64,000 nt of DNA from Pelagomonas calceolata (taxonomy: Eukaryota), in contig CAKKNE010000004.1 of assembly GCA_918797485.1 (NCBI GenBank), positions 682,001-746,000 of the forward strand. The letters run 5' to 3'. This document shows, piece after piece, positions 46,939 through 58,211 of this stretch. The notes below the pieces were generated by a model. The model had not been told where the DNA came from, did no database searches, and worked only from the letters and a program-made list of their open reading frames with translations. The translations under genes were made by a program, and so were the position numbers. How positions within the stretch are numbered: position 1 is the first letter of the stretch; each line of letters opens with the position of its first letter.

Positions 46939-47359
46939 GGTGGGCTACGGAGAGCTGGGGTGCTTTTTGGAGAGCAGCAGTTCTCGACAAACGCAGTTCG
47001 CAGCGCTTGATTTATCGCAGCGCTGGAGAAGTATATCGGCTGCGTCACCTAGACAGCGAACGCGCACTTGTGCGGTCCAAAGCAAGCAATTTTGATGCGA
47101 TGATGCTTGCTGGCATCCCTAGTGCCTTATACCGCTAGCTCCGCCGGCTTTTGGGTCTGCATTCATCGTCCACTCTGCGGCTGTGAGCAGTTACGGACAC
47201 CGTGGACTTCACCCACACGCTGCCACTGGTGGAACCGCGCGCCGCTCGGCCGCCTCCGAGCGGTCTGCAGCTGAACAATTCAAAGCACTGCCTGCCAAGC
47301 CCAACGCGGCCGGCGACCGCGCATCGTTACCTCGGCGGTGTCGCGCTTCATCGCTAAGA

Positions 47360-49195
47360 ATGGCCACTATCGACCTCACTCTCTCGGACGACGACGCGCC
47401 GCCCGCCGCGCCGGTGGTCCACGACTTGACGCTGGACTCGGACTCGGACGCCGAGCAGGCGCCTGCGAACGCGGGCGAGGCGCCGCAGCTCGCGCCCGCG
47501 GCGGCGGACGACGGCGACGCGCCGATGGTGGCCGCACCACCGCCGGTCGACGCGCTGGCGGCGCCGGAGGACGCCCAGATGGCGCCCGCGCCCGAGCCGC
47601 CGGTCGACGCGGACGACGCGCCGCGGGCGCCCGACGACGCGGCGCCGGACGAGACGCTGGACGAGCCGCAGGCGCCGCCGCGGCGCGCGCGCGCCGCGAG
47701 CGATGCGAGCGATGCTGGCGAGCCCAAGCGGCAGCGCGTCGACGACGGCGGCGCCGCGCCCGCGCCCGCGCCCGACGAGAGCGAGGGCGAGGCGAGCGAG
47801 GCGAGCGACGAGAGCGGCTCGAAGCGCGGCGACGAGGGCGACGGCGAGGCCGCCCCGCCGCCGCCCGACAGGCGGCGGGATCGGTACGGGGGCGACTACA
47901 AGTACGATCCGTACGGACCCTTCGGCGGCGGGCCAGCGGCCGACGCGGCACCCGCGCCGGTCGCCGCGGCCGCCCAGCCCCCAGCATCCGACTCCGACTC
48001 CGAAGTCGAGGTCATGGCCGCGCCGGCGCCGGCGCCCGCGCCGGCCGACGACCCCGACGAGACGCAGATGGAGGACGACGACGACCTGCGGCGCGCCCTC
48101 GAGGCGTCGCGCGCGTCAGTGGAAGAGGACGCGCAGCGCCGCCGGAGGAGCTGGAGCACTGACGACCGCACGCCGCTGACCGTCGCCGAATATTATTCCT
48201 GCTTCCAGGCCGCCCAGGACAACACGGGGCACACCCTCGAGGACATCGAGGAGGGGTCCGGGGTACGAGCTGGCAATGGGCCCGGGTCGGTCAGGGCGGA
48301 CGGCCAGGGGCGGGCGCAGTACGGCCGGATCCTCACGGGCGCGACGGAGAAGGTCGCAAACGAGCTCGGTATTACGGATAAAGACACGGCGCTCGATATT
48401 GGTAGCGGCGTCGAGAATGTGCCGCTCCAGATCGCCGCGACGTTCGGCTGCAAAGCACGCGGGTTGGAGCTGATGGAGAGCCGGGCCGTCGTGGGCACGG
48501 CACTCGATGTTGAACTGGCCGCGGTGATCAACGAACGGCACGCGCTCAGGCGCTGCGGCGACTGCCGTTTGGAGTGGGGCAACATGCGCGACGAGCAGTG
48601 GTGGGATTTTCTCACCAAAGCGGAAGAAGGCGGCCACATGAAGGTCTTCGTTAATAATTTCAACGACGTCATGGGCCACCGGTCGACCGAGACCCGGGAC
48701 GGGCCGACCCTCGACGACCGCATCTGCGCGATCTTCGCCGCGATGCAGCCCGGGGCACGCATGCTGACCTTGAATAGGATGCTCGCGCTGGGCCCGTCGC
48801 GCGACCAGGCCAATGCTGTTCGCGAGCAGCGCGGCCTCGAGCCGTCCGCCGACGCGTCGTTCTTTTCCGAGCGGAAAGTTACATTGACGCCGCAGCCGTG
48901 GCCCTGGGCGCCCGAGGGCGAGGACGTCGTGAGCTGGGGCGGGAGCGCCATCGAGGCGTACGTTTACGAGCGCCTCGGCGGCCAGAGCCTGCCCGGGGGC
49001 GCCGCCGCCTTCCTCTGCTCCGCGAGAGGTTGCCAAATGGGCAACCATTCGGCGACGGCGGTCCTCGACGACGAGAGCCACGAGCTGGTCACGGAGTGCG
49101 TGTACTGCGGGGAGGAGCGGCGCCCGGCGCCGCGGGAGCGGCGCCAGGTGTCGCAGTCGTCGCGCGGCTCGGGCGAGTCGGCGAAGACGCGCTAG
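47360..49195 (+). CDS. DOT1: DOT1-like histone H3K79 methyltransferase
   Basis: YGRI.., LDIGSGV.N..LQIAA..GCKARGLEL, VFVNNF motifs; long acidic disordered N-terminus. Confidence 0.75.
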   Translation: MATIDLTLSDDDAPPAAPVVHDLTLDSDSDAEQAPANAGEAPQLAPAAADDGDAPMVAAPPPVDALAAPEDAQMAPAPEPPVDADDAPRAPDDAAPDETLDEPQAPPRRARAASDASDAGEPKRQRVDDGGAAPAPAPDESEGEASEASDESGSKRGDEGDGEAAPPPPDRRRDRYGGDYKYDPYGPFGGGPAADAAPAPVAAAAQPPASDSDSEVEVMAAPAPAPAPADDPDETQMEDDDDLRRALEASRASVEEDAQRRRRSWSTDDRTPLTVAEYYSCFQAAQDNTGHTLEDIEEGSGVRAGNGPGSVRADGQGRAQYGRILTGATEKVANELGITDKDTALDIGSGVENVPLQIAATFGCKARGLELMESRAVVGTALDVELAAVINERHALRRCGDCRLEWGNMRDEQWWDFLTKAEEGGHMKVFVNNFNDVMGHRSTETRDGPTLDDRICAIFAAMQPGARMLTLNRMLALGPSRDQANAVREQRGLEPSADASFFSERKVTLTPQPWPWAPEGEDVVSWGGSAIEAYVYERLGGQSLPGGAAAFLCSARGCQMGNHSATAVLDDESHELVTECVYCGEERRPAPRERRQVSQSSRGSGESAKTR

Positions 49196-49326
49196 CTATG
49201 TAATATGAATCAAATGAGTGACGCCGTGTTTCCCCGGGCGTCGGCGGCGCGACTTCCACCACTGGACCACCAGCACGCCATCGCCGCGTCAAAATACCGA
49301 GCGACTATACTTACACTACTACCTAT

Positions 49327-52300
49327 CTAGAGCTTCCGCACGGACCAGTCCCCGCCCTTGAACGAAAACTCGTGGGCCGGCCAGAACCGGTCGTCGGTGC
49401 GCAGCGTCACGGCCACGACCTGGCCCTGGAGATCCGACGTTTTGAGGCGCACGGCCTCGCCGTCCTCGATACTTGATACGGCACTCAAAAACGAGTCCAG
49501 GTCCGTGATTTGTTTCCCGTCGACTTCCGTCACGAACCTACAAGCCTTGATGCCGTAGAAGTGGCCCGGCGAGCCGTACAAGTAGTAGGACACGTAGGCC
49601 TGGTTCGGGGGCTCGCCCATCTCCAGTACGGAGCGATGTGGTTTTTGTAACAGTAGCCCGGCCCAGACGACGACTCGTTCCGTGCCCGCACCGAGTGGTA
49701 CTCTCTCCAGCGGCTCATTCACCTCCAGCGCTTCGCCCTCCCGCCACAATGTTGCTGGTATGCTAGAACCACCATGAGAACAGGCCTCGTCGACGTCCGC
49801 AAAAGTAGCGGTCGAGGTCCCGTTCATCGACAGGAGTAGGTCGCCCTCCCTTAACAAAGACTGCTGCGTATGGGCTAAATGGGCGACCGAGAGTACTTGC
49901 GAGCGGCCGGGCCTGGCTTTCCTCAGCTTTTCCACCCAGGCGTCGCTTAATCGCATCGACGTCCGCGCGGTCGACAAAGGTAATCTTTTAAGACCGAACC
50001 CGACGACTCGCAGCGGCTTCTCCGGCTTGTTATCGATGTTAGATGCGACGGCGAGCGTCGCGTCCAACAAGCCGCCGACGCCGACCTGTGTGGCAATCAA
50101 CCAGTGAGTCAGGTTCTACCTCGGCACCGCGGCCATGTTTTCGGCCCAAACTCGGACACGATCTCCGAGGGATACACTCGACCGTATCCAGAGAGCAGCG
50201 ACCACGAGAGACCACGAATTGAAGGGCGCTTGAACTTTTCTTGCCACACCGACGCCGACGGCATGAAAAGCTTCATAATTTTTTTCATCAGACCAGGAGT
50301 AGAACGAGTAGCACGACCACGTCGCACTCACGCTGCCATCTTCGTCCACTAAAACACCCCCCAGAGACTTGTTGAGCACCTGGTCAAATTTTGCGATTTC
50401 CTCGTTCAAGGCTCTAAAACGGGGCACGTGCGCCTGGGCGATGTTGACACACGACAGCTCCGTCACGGTCACTTTTTGACTGAGGGACTGGTCGGGATTC
50501 GTTCGCGACAATCCTACAAATTCCAAGGCGTCACCAACACTCAAATCGCGCGGTCTGAGAGGTGCGCTCGTCGGCCGTCGATCTGCTGACACACCGTCGA
50601 ACCGCGACGCGTCATACCGAACAATGGCGAAGTTCCGCGTCGGGTGCACGAAGATAACTTTGGCCGGCAGCTCTACACTGGCGGCAAATGTCACAGCACA
50701 TTCGCCGAGCGCAGTTACCACAGTATTTCTATCTGTAGATACAAGTCCTCTTTCCGCATCCACAACGATGCCGCAGCCCGCGAAGTGCCAGTCGTGGACG
50801 CCGTCGACCGCATGGAGCACATCAAACGACACCTTGCAGATGCAGCTGACGACACTGTTGGCCGCATCTGTCGCGTGAGATCTCTGGAACGTCGCTGCGG
50901 CGGGCGCGTCTTCAGTATAAGGTGTTTTATTGGTTTCTATCTGAGTAGACTCCCAGCAGGCCCGGAAGGACGCGTTGGCGTCGACGGGAATTTCATTTAA
51001 ATGAGGGTCTCTCCGTCGCCACCGCTGCAATTTGAACCAGCGATAATTCACTCGTACTAAAGCGACTTGGGCGTTGAACCTGTCACCCACGGCATAGTAG
51101 CGGACATTCACGCGAGCCCCATCTCCTAATTTAGCAACGGCATCTTGAAACGCGTCGAGCGTCGGCGTTTCCACATCTCCCACAGCGGTTAACACGGCAT
51201 GGGCCGGCACGCCCGCGACATCCAGCACGAAGCCCGCGAACGCGACGTAGACACCGACGCCCGCGTCCAAGTTGCCGCTCCGAGCCGTTCCTAGCGATAT
51301 AGAATGGAGGACGCCTCCGCCGAATTCCAGGAAGTTGCTGGGAACCAAGTTATGTAAGGACTCGGCTCTGGCTGGCCGTATGGACTTGGACGCGCCGCCC
51401 CTCTCTATAGATAACTGGACCGCCCTGTCCACATTGGAATCCAAGTAGCTCTCGAGCGCGTCGAAGTCGGGAAACCTTTTGTCCCCACAAGACAGCAGTA
51501 GGTCGCCGGGCTCCAGGCCCGCTTCTGAACCGCTTCCACCGGTGATGACCTGGTCGACACACAACAGCCCGCACGTGTCGTCGCCGTGGTGGTGCCGTCG
51601 CAGCAACGCTTCGGCGGCCGGCGACAAAGCTAATCTACGAGCTTCGTCGCAGGTCACGTGGCGCCACACTACCCTTAAAGTGCCTCTTTGTGGCGTTTCG
51701 AAGCGTTTCAGGGCGTCCAGTGCTCTCACGACGGCATGCAACGGTAAGTAGTACGAACTTGCTGACGCGTTGCAGCCTCCGGCGTTGAGGGCCACGGCCC
51801 GTCCCCTGCTATCTAATACGGGAGAACCGGAACTGCCACCGGACGTGTTCGACGCGGCACTGTAGTAGAACCTGTGCGGAGCATCGCGGTCGCTCGACTC
51901 GGTCCGAATGACCTCGTCTGATGGACACGAGTCGCGTCGATGGCGTGAAGGACGCCGAGATCGCACGTGTTGAAATCATTAAAACCGTCGCCGCCGTAGA
52001 GCGGCGCGTTCCGATCCAAGCGCGCCAGCGTGCCCGCCAAAATCTGGATCTTCTCTCCACTATCATTGCCCACGACTCTTATCTCCAAACCCACTTTTGC
52101 GCCATCTTCGGCGAGGGGTATCTCCGCCCTCTGGAGTTCATCAGCATACCTCAGCTTCGTCACGTCAAAATGGAACAGTCCGAAATCATGCACGGGATCT
52201 CTATACACGGGTGTGAGCGGTACCTCTTCTTTATTCACAAACGTGGCCTCTGCTCGTATGGGACCGGTCCCGATCACATGCCTGTTCGTCAGGATCAAAC

Positions 52301-52514
52301 CTCGCTCGAAGTCCACGACGAATCCTGTTGCTGAACCGGAACCGGCCTGCTCTCCATCGAAAGGCTTCACGTAGTTCACGCGTATGACAACAATCGCGGG
52401 CAGCGCCTTGTCGAGCATCGCCTCCCAGGGGTCCCGCCTCCTGTGGCGGCGGTACCAGGCGGCTATGAGCGTGCCCGCCGCTAGGCCCGCTGCCAATTTC
52501 GTGCGTTCCGCCAT
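49327..52514 (-). CDS. NMA111: Nma111/DegP7-type HtrA serine protease with duplicated protease-PDZ architecture (3 exons)
   Basis: [48 protein letters not shown]; introns 51872-51966 and 50086-50259. Confidence 0.9.
50086..50259 (-). mobile_element. Introner-derived intron (174 nt) with perfect 8-bp TSD
   Basis: + strand ACGCCGAC | CTGTGTGGCAATCAA...TTTCTTGCCACACCG | ACGCCGAC; splicing gives FHA|VGVGG. Confidence 0.9.
51872..51966 (-). other. GT-AG intron (95 nt) carrying the introner core motif
   Basis: GTGCGA...CACGCCATCGACGCGAC...CGCACAG; restores conserved FNTFYY. Confidence 0.85.
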
Positions 52515-52842
52515 GGTGCGCGGTGACAGCGTCTCGCGGAGGCCTAATAGGCTCTCCGGTGTGGACGAGACAGCGCACGCACGGACGCGCGCGGTGGAGG
52601 GCTGGCTGTGAGCGCTGCGACTTGCTGCACCAGTAGCGTAGAAATAAGCCTCAGATTAGGCCGAATGGCGGCGGCTGAGGCTGAGAGGCTTGTGTTCTAG
52701 TGTCTTACATTACGCTAGTCGGACTGCTGCGCAAAGCTTAAATCCGAATTGAAGCGGCATCGCTCGAATTTGAATCTATCACAGCCTTTTCTGCGTCTGC
52801 GCAACTCAACGCTGGCACGCGGTCACTGTACAGATTGCATGC

Positions 52843-53706
52843 ATGGCAGCACTCCAGCAGCACTCGAAAGGCAAAGTAGCAATCACGGGTAGCAGCGGAA
52901 TCCTCGGCCAGCGCTTGTACACAGCGCTGCAAGCGGACGGCTGGGAAGTCGTCGGTCTCGGGCTCGCCGAGGGCGTGTCGCAGGGCGGCCCGGGCCGCGA
53001 CGGCGCATCAGAGACAAGGAACGAATTCGTTGACGTCGCCTGCAACCTGTCGATGGCCTGCCCGGACCTCTCCGGCTTCACGCACGTCGTGCATTTGGCC
53101 GGGGTAGGCTCACCAGACGCGTCGTTCGAGCAGGTGCTCCGCGGCAACGTCGTAGCTACGCAGCATGTGCTTGAGGCCGCCAAGCGGGCGGGAACCGTCC
53201 GACGCGTCGTGCTAGCCTCTACGAACCACGTCCAGCACGGCACGTCAATGGGTCGCCATGGACCGGGGTCTCTCGACCCTCAACGGCTCTTCGGCCGTCG
53301 GCTCTCCCCCGAGGAAGAGTTTGAACCGGACTCGTTCTATGCAGCGTCAAAAGTACACGTCGAGGCGCTCGGGAAGCTCTATGGAAAGACGTGGCGATGC
53401 TTCGACGTCGTGGCGTTGAGGATTGGCTGGTGTTTGTACGACGACCCCACAGAGCTCTCGGGCACCGAGTTCGAAAGCTACCTGCGCGCGATGTGGTTGA
53501 GCCGGCGCGATTGGGTAGGATTTGCGACGGCCGCGATGACGGCGCCTATCGACGCCACCTATCACGGATACATCGTGGCTCACGCCGTTTCCAACAATCC
53601 GACAGGAATATTCGATATCGAGGAGTCGACCAGATTACTCGGCTACACACCACAGGACTCATCCGGCAGTTTCGCCTGGCCTAGAGCCCCTGTTCGCCTA
53701 CCGTAG
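52843..53706 (+). CDS. NAD-dependent epimerase/dehydratase (uronate dehydrogenase-like extended SDR)
   Basis: ITGSSGILG, VVHLAG, ASTNH, PDSFYAASK (YxxxK), LRIG, MWLSRRD. Confidence 0.8.
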   Translation: MAALQQHSKGKVAITGSSGILGQRLYTALQADGWEVVGLGLAEGVSQGGPGRDGASETRNEFVDVACNLSMACPDLSGFTHVVHLAGVGSPDASFEQVLRGNVVATQHVLEAAKRAGTVRRVVLASTNHVQHGTSMGRHGPGSLDPQRLFGRRLSPEEEFEPDSFYAASKVHVEALGKLYGKTWRCFDVVALRIGWCLYDDPTELSGTEFESYLRAMWLSRRDWVGFATAAMTAPIDATYHGYIVAHAVSNNPTGIFDIEESTRLLGYTPQDSSGSFAWPRAPVRLP

Positions 53707-53729
53707 TACTGTAAGAATGTTTGTGCGCG

Positions 53730-56255
53730 TTACGCCGCCGTCACCCCCAGATACTGCGTCGCAAACCGCTCCGCCCGACGTCTGTCAGCAGGATTCTCCG
53801 ACCCGGGAATCGTGTAGCACAGCTCGCCCAGCATCCGCGCGCGCTGGATTCTAGCAGCATCAACGACGGTCGTCGGCGAGACGACGACGTTCCGCGTCAC
53901 GCGTCTAGGCTGAGGCGAGGGTGCGTGCTCGCGCGGACCGCGCGCCGGCCGGACCGGCGCCGTCCCCACAGACATAGATCGCCGGTCGCGGCCCCAGGTC
54001 AGCAAATCACGGGTCTGTGGGTTGAGGTCCCGCGTCGCGCGAACGGTGCGCGGCGTCGGCTCCTTCTCGGCCGCCGCCACGGCGCTCTCGGCCGAGGCCA
54101 GCAGGCGCGCGAACGCGTCCGTCGCGGCCTGCAGGTTGTGGACGGGCGTCGCGAAGGGCTCATTAGGGTCGCCTTCCTCCTCCGAAGAAGCGGAGTCCAG
54201 TAGCACGGCGCCATCAGCGTCGAGGTCGATCTCGCTGAACCGGGGCGACGCCGCCGGCCTGAGGACCGGCTCCGCGGCATCGAGGCGCGCGGCCGCTCGC
54301 TCCGACGGAGACGCGTCGGGCGCGAGCGAGCGTTCCGCGGCGTCGAGCCGCGCGACCGCGGCCCGCCGGTCCTCCCGCGCGTAGAAGGCCCGCTCCGGGT
54401 CCGACTCGACGGGACTCCGCGCCCGCAGCGCGCGCACCGCGCCGAACGCCGACCGCGCCGCCGCCTTGACGCCCTCGAGCTCGCTGCGAATCTCCGACGG
54501 CGTCGACGGCCGCCGCTCCGCCGCCCGCTGGAGCTCCCGCTCCGCCGCTTCACGTTTTTCCACCTCCTCGTTAAGCGACGACTCCGACCGTCGTAAAGCC
54601 GCCTTGAGCGCCGACACTTCTTCTCGGACGCGCGCGTCGTCGTCCATGGCTCTTTTTCGCGCGCTTTCCAACTCCTCGATCAAGGACGGCGGGTCGTCTA
54701 GGGACGACTCGTCGTCTCCATCATACGCGCCGGGCGTCACGGCGTCCGCCAGGTTGCGCGCCGTCCTTAGTAATTCGTCGCGCTCCGCCTCGATGGATAA
54801 GCGCATGGACCGCTCCCTCGAGAGTTCATCATCTAAAGGTGAGCGCAGGAAACTTCTAGGTGTTTGCAACGCTCGACGGGCATCGGCGAGTTCCGCCCCG
54901 TCGCGCCTTTGCGCGGCCTTCGACGCGGCCACCTCCGCATTCGCCGCCTCGAGGGCCGCCTGGGCCAGCGTACATTCCCGTTGCAACGCATCAATTGTTC
55001 TATCACGGGCCGCGAGCTCGCTCTGGACGGCGACGGACGACGGCGCGGCTTGCGTGCGTAGACGGCGCAGCGTCGCCTCGAGGTCCCGGAGCTTCGCGTC
55101 GCGGTCGGCGAGGCCCAAGGCGTAGACGGCTTTCATGGACGCGAGCTCGCCCTCCGCGGCCTCGGCCCGGACGAGGCGCTCGCGCGCCGTCTCGCGGATG
55201 GACTCCAGCTCCGAGTGGAAGGCCCGTCGCGCGTCCTCCGACGGCGTCCGCGCCAGCGTCGTTCGCGCTTGTGCGAGGTCCCGCTCCGCGGCCGTCGCTC
55301 GTTGTAGTGCTACGGCGTGAGCGTCGGCCAAACCGGCCCCAAATTTCGCGGCGCTCTCGCGCGCCTTGGAGAGCTCGGCTCTTAACGCGTCCCGCTCCGC
55401 CGCCGCCTTGCCCAACTCCGTCAGCGCCGCCTCGGACCGGTCGGCGCGCGCCGACGCCGCGGCGAGGGCCTGGGTCTGCAAGGCCGAGCCCGCGACCGCC
55501 TCCTGGTACTGGCGCTCCGCTTGTGAGGCGCGCGCGAGGGCCACCGCGTGAGCGTCGGCGAGGCCGGCACCGAACTTCGCCGATTGCTTGGCCGCGGCGA
55601 GCTCGCGCTCTAATACAGAAGCCTTCTCGACGGCGGCGTCGCGCTCGCGCGTCAACTCGGCGGTCCCGGCCCGCGCGGCCAGGAGGTCGTGCTCAAACGA
55701 TGTTACCGAATCTTTCAACACGAGCGCGCGCCTCTCGGCGGCCGCGCAGCGCCCTTCGGCCTCGTCCCGCTCCCGCGCCACGTCCGCGCGCCCGAGCGCC
55801 CGCGCCGCCGCGACGTCCGCGCCGGCGGCCTCGAGCTCTGCATTCCTCCGCTGCGTCGCGGCCTCGCGCGCGCACGTCGTTTCCAGGGCCTCCGCCTGGG
55901 CCCGCGCCTGCGCTTTTGATGCGGCGAGCTTTCCCGAGAGGTCCGCCACGGCCTTAGTTTGTAACGAGGCACCAGCGACCAAGTCGGCCCTCGTCGCCTC
56001 CGAAGCCGCCAGGGCCGCCTCGCGCGCGTCGACGCGCTCGGTTAACGCCGTCGACGAGGTTTCGAGCTCCGCGAGGCGTTTCGTCGCCTCGACGCGCGCC
56101 GCGTCGACCTCCTCGCAGTGCTTCAGCATCGTGGCCGCCTCGCGTCGCACGTCCTCGAGGGCCGCCCTATCTCGATCGCGCGCGCCGACGGCCACGGCGA
56201 GCCGCGCCTCCGCGTCTTCCAAAGCAGCTTCTAACCTCTGAGCGCGGCCCGTCAC
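53730..56255 (-). CDS. Long coiled-coil protein (5' end unresolved)
   Basis: A/E/R/L-rich heptads; internal duplicate KFGAGLADAHAVAL; no clear ATG at the ORF start. Confidence 0.6.
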   Translation of the reverse strand: MTGRAQRLEAALEDAEARLAVAVGARDRDRAALEDVRREAATMLKHCEEVDAARVEATKRLAELETSSTALTERVDAREAALAASEATRADLVAGASLQTKAVADLSGKLAASKAQARAQAEALETTCAREAATQRRNAELEAAGADVAAARALGRADVARERDEAEGRCAAAERRALVLKDSVTSFEHDLLAARAGTAELTRERDAAVEKASVLERELAAAKQSAKFGAGLADAHAVALARASQAERQYQEAVAGSALQTQALAAASARADRSEAALTELGKAAAERDALRAELSKARESAAKFGAGLADAHAVALQRATAAERDLAQARTTLARTPSEDARRAFHSELESIRETARERLVRAEAAEGELASMKAVYALGLADRDAKLRDLEATLRRLRTQAAPSSVAVQSELAARDRTIDALQRECTLAQAALEAANAEVAASKAAQRRDGAELADARRALQTPRSFLRSPLDDELSRERSMRLSIEAERDELLRTARNLADAVTPGAYDGDDESSLDDPPSLIEELESARKRAMDDDARVREEVSALKAALRRSESSLNEEVEKREAAERELQRAAERRPSTPSEIRSELEGVKAAARSAFGAVRALRARSPVESDPERAFYAREDRRAAVARLDAAERSLAPDASPSERAAARLDAAEPVLRPAASPRFSEIDLDADGAVLLDSASSEEEGDPNEPFATPVHNLQAATDAFARLLASAESAVAAAEKEPTPRTVRATRDLNPQTRDLLTWGRDRRSMSVGTAPVRPARGPREHAPSPQPRRVTRNVVVSPTTVVDAARIQRARMLGELCYTIPGSENPADRRRAERFATQYLGVTAA

Positions 56256-56557
56256 GGCGTCGAAAAGCTGTCGCAGACTATGTCCGACGGTCCTTCAACC
56301 TCAGCTGACTTGCTCGCGTTGAGGCAGAGCCTTCGGGCGCGCCGCGAGCTCTCCCGCGCGCCGTGAACTGGAGAGCTACGAGACGACACCGCGCGAGCGA
56401 CACGCGTGGACCGCGGACCGCGGGCCGCCGCGCACACCTCGGGATTCGACGGGAACGCCGTCGAAGCATGGCCACGAGCTACGCGGCGCATCCAGCACGC
56501 CGTCGACGAGACTACGATCTCCCAACTTACGCTACGGGAGTGGAGAGGCGCCGCCTA

Positions 56558-58211
56558 TTACATGGCCGGGAAGTCCTCGATGACCTCGTTCGCGATGTCC
56601 TGGAGGTGTTCTAAGACTTCTAACGTCCCCTGCCACATCGTCGTCTCGTGGTAGGTCACGCCGTAGTCCTTGCAGAACTTGCGCACGCGGCGGTTGCACT
56701 CCGCGAGGTGGTGGCGCGGCATCGTCGGGAAGAGGTGATGTTCCACTTGATAGTCGAGGCCGCCGCAGAACCAGTGGACGAAGCCGAGCGAGTCCTGCGT
56801 GACGTTGCGCGTCGTAGTAACTTGCAGCTTCCAGTAGTCCGGTCTATGAGCGGCGTCATACACAGCCATACCGTTGTGGCCGAGGCCAAACACTAACGCT
56901 AACGAGAGACCGCACGAGACGTTGGACAGCACTACATATAGTAGTGCATCCGTGAGTGACGGGGCAGAATACGCAACAGCGAAGTACCACACGTAGTGCA
57001 AAATAAGTGAAAGACGTTCCATCCACTCGTAGGGGATGGGCATGGCCATGGGCGGGTTGCTCCCTTTGATGATCCTACCTCCTCTGGAACCATCCGTGTC
57101 GAAGGCCGGGAAGACGTAGGCTAACGATTGTTGCAACCAAGATAATCTAGCGACAGATAATAACGGGAAGTACGTCAGCGCTTGGTGCTTGACCAGCTTC
57201 TTGGATAATGGAGTGGTCGCTTTGGCCAACATAGAACGAGACCAAGCCAACAGAGGCATCGTATCAATATCAGGATCGCCGTTCTGGCAGCCTTCGTCGC
57301 CGTGGACGTTGGGCACGGCGTGGTGCGTGCAGTGCTTGTTCGTCCACCAGGCCACGGAGAAGCCCTGGGCGCAGTTGCCCCAGAAGTAGCCCAGGAACTT
57401 GCCGTGGATCCGGTTCTTGAAGCACTGATGATGACAAATCTCGTGGCAGAGCCAGCCGGACTGCTGGAAGAAGATGCCCATGAGCACGCCGCCCCAGCAC
57501 CGCGCCGCGAAGTGGTTATACGTGTCTTCCGAGTGGGCCGCCACGAGCCAAGCACTGAAGAGACAAATCATCAGCGTCGTCGACATCTTGTAGATGTAGT
57601 ATAATAGGGAAGAATCGAAGAGGCCATCTCTACGCATCTCCATTTTTAAACGGCGGTAGCCCTTCTCGAAGTCGAGCTGGTCCTGGCCCTTCTCCCGCAG
57701 GTCGGGCCAGTTCGCGCGGTCGTCTTGTTTGAGAGAACCAATTAAGAATTTGGAAAGGTGCTTCGACGTGCCGTTCGCGTGAAACAACGCGAAGGTGTCC
57801 GTCGCGTCGTCGCCGGCGCTCGTGAAGATGACGTCGCCGCCGGGGTGCTCGTGCCAGCCGGAGACGTCATAAATCTTGTTGTTGATCATGAGCCAGGCGT
57901 CGGCGGGCGAGCGGTGTTTTGTGATCTCGGCCCCTGTGCGTGTCAAGGTGAGGGTCTCGCGGCGATGGCGTGCTTCTCTCGACGGCGGCGTCGGCGCGCG
58001 GCCGAGTCGGCCGTCCGTCGCTGGCTCCGTCGGGACCAGGCGAAGAGGGGCCGACGCCGTCGCCGCGTGCGCCGACGTCGACGCGCGGTGTGAGCGTGCC
58101 GCTTCGAAGGGGCCTTGAAATTTATTTTCCGCGCTGGCGCCGACAGCCATATTCGGAGGCGATGAGGCCCTTGTCCGCGTCGGAGGGCGGGCGCTGGCCA
58201 CCTTTACCCAT
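56558..58211 (-). CDS. Front-end fatty acid desaturase, delta-6-like (exons 58211-58145, 57933-56558)
   Basis: MGKGG start; cytochrome b5 HPGG; His boxes HEICH, HCTHH, QVEHH; C-terminal FPAM; splicing gives EYG-W-AEITKH. Confidence 0.9.
57934..58144 (-). mobile_element. Diverged introner-derived intron (211 nt)
   Basis: GTCGGCGC then CAGCGCGGAAAATAAATTTCAAGGC (cf. CTGTGTGGAAATCAAAATTTTACGGC); ends TTGACACGCACAG; same length as TSD plus element at 19511-19721. Confidence 0.75.
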
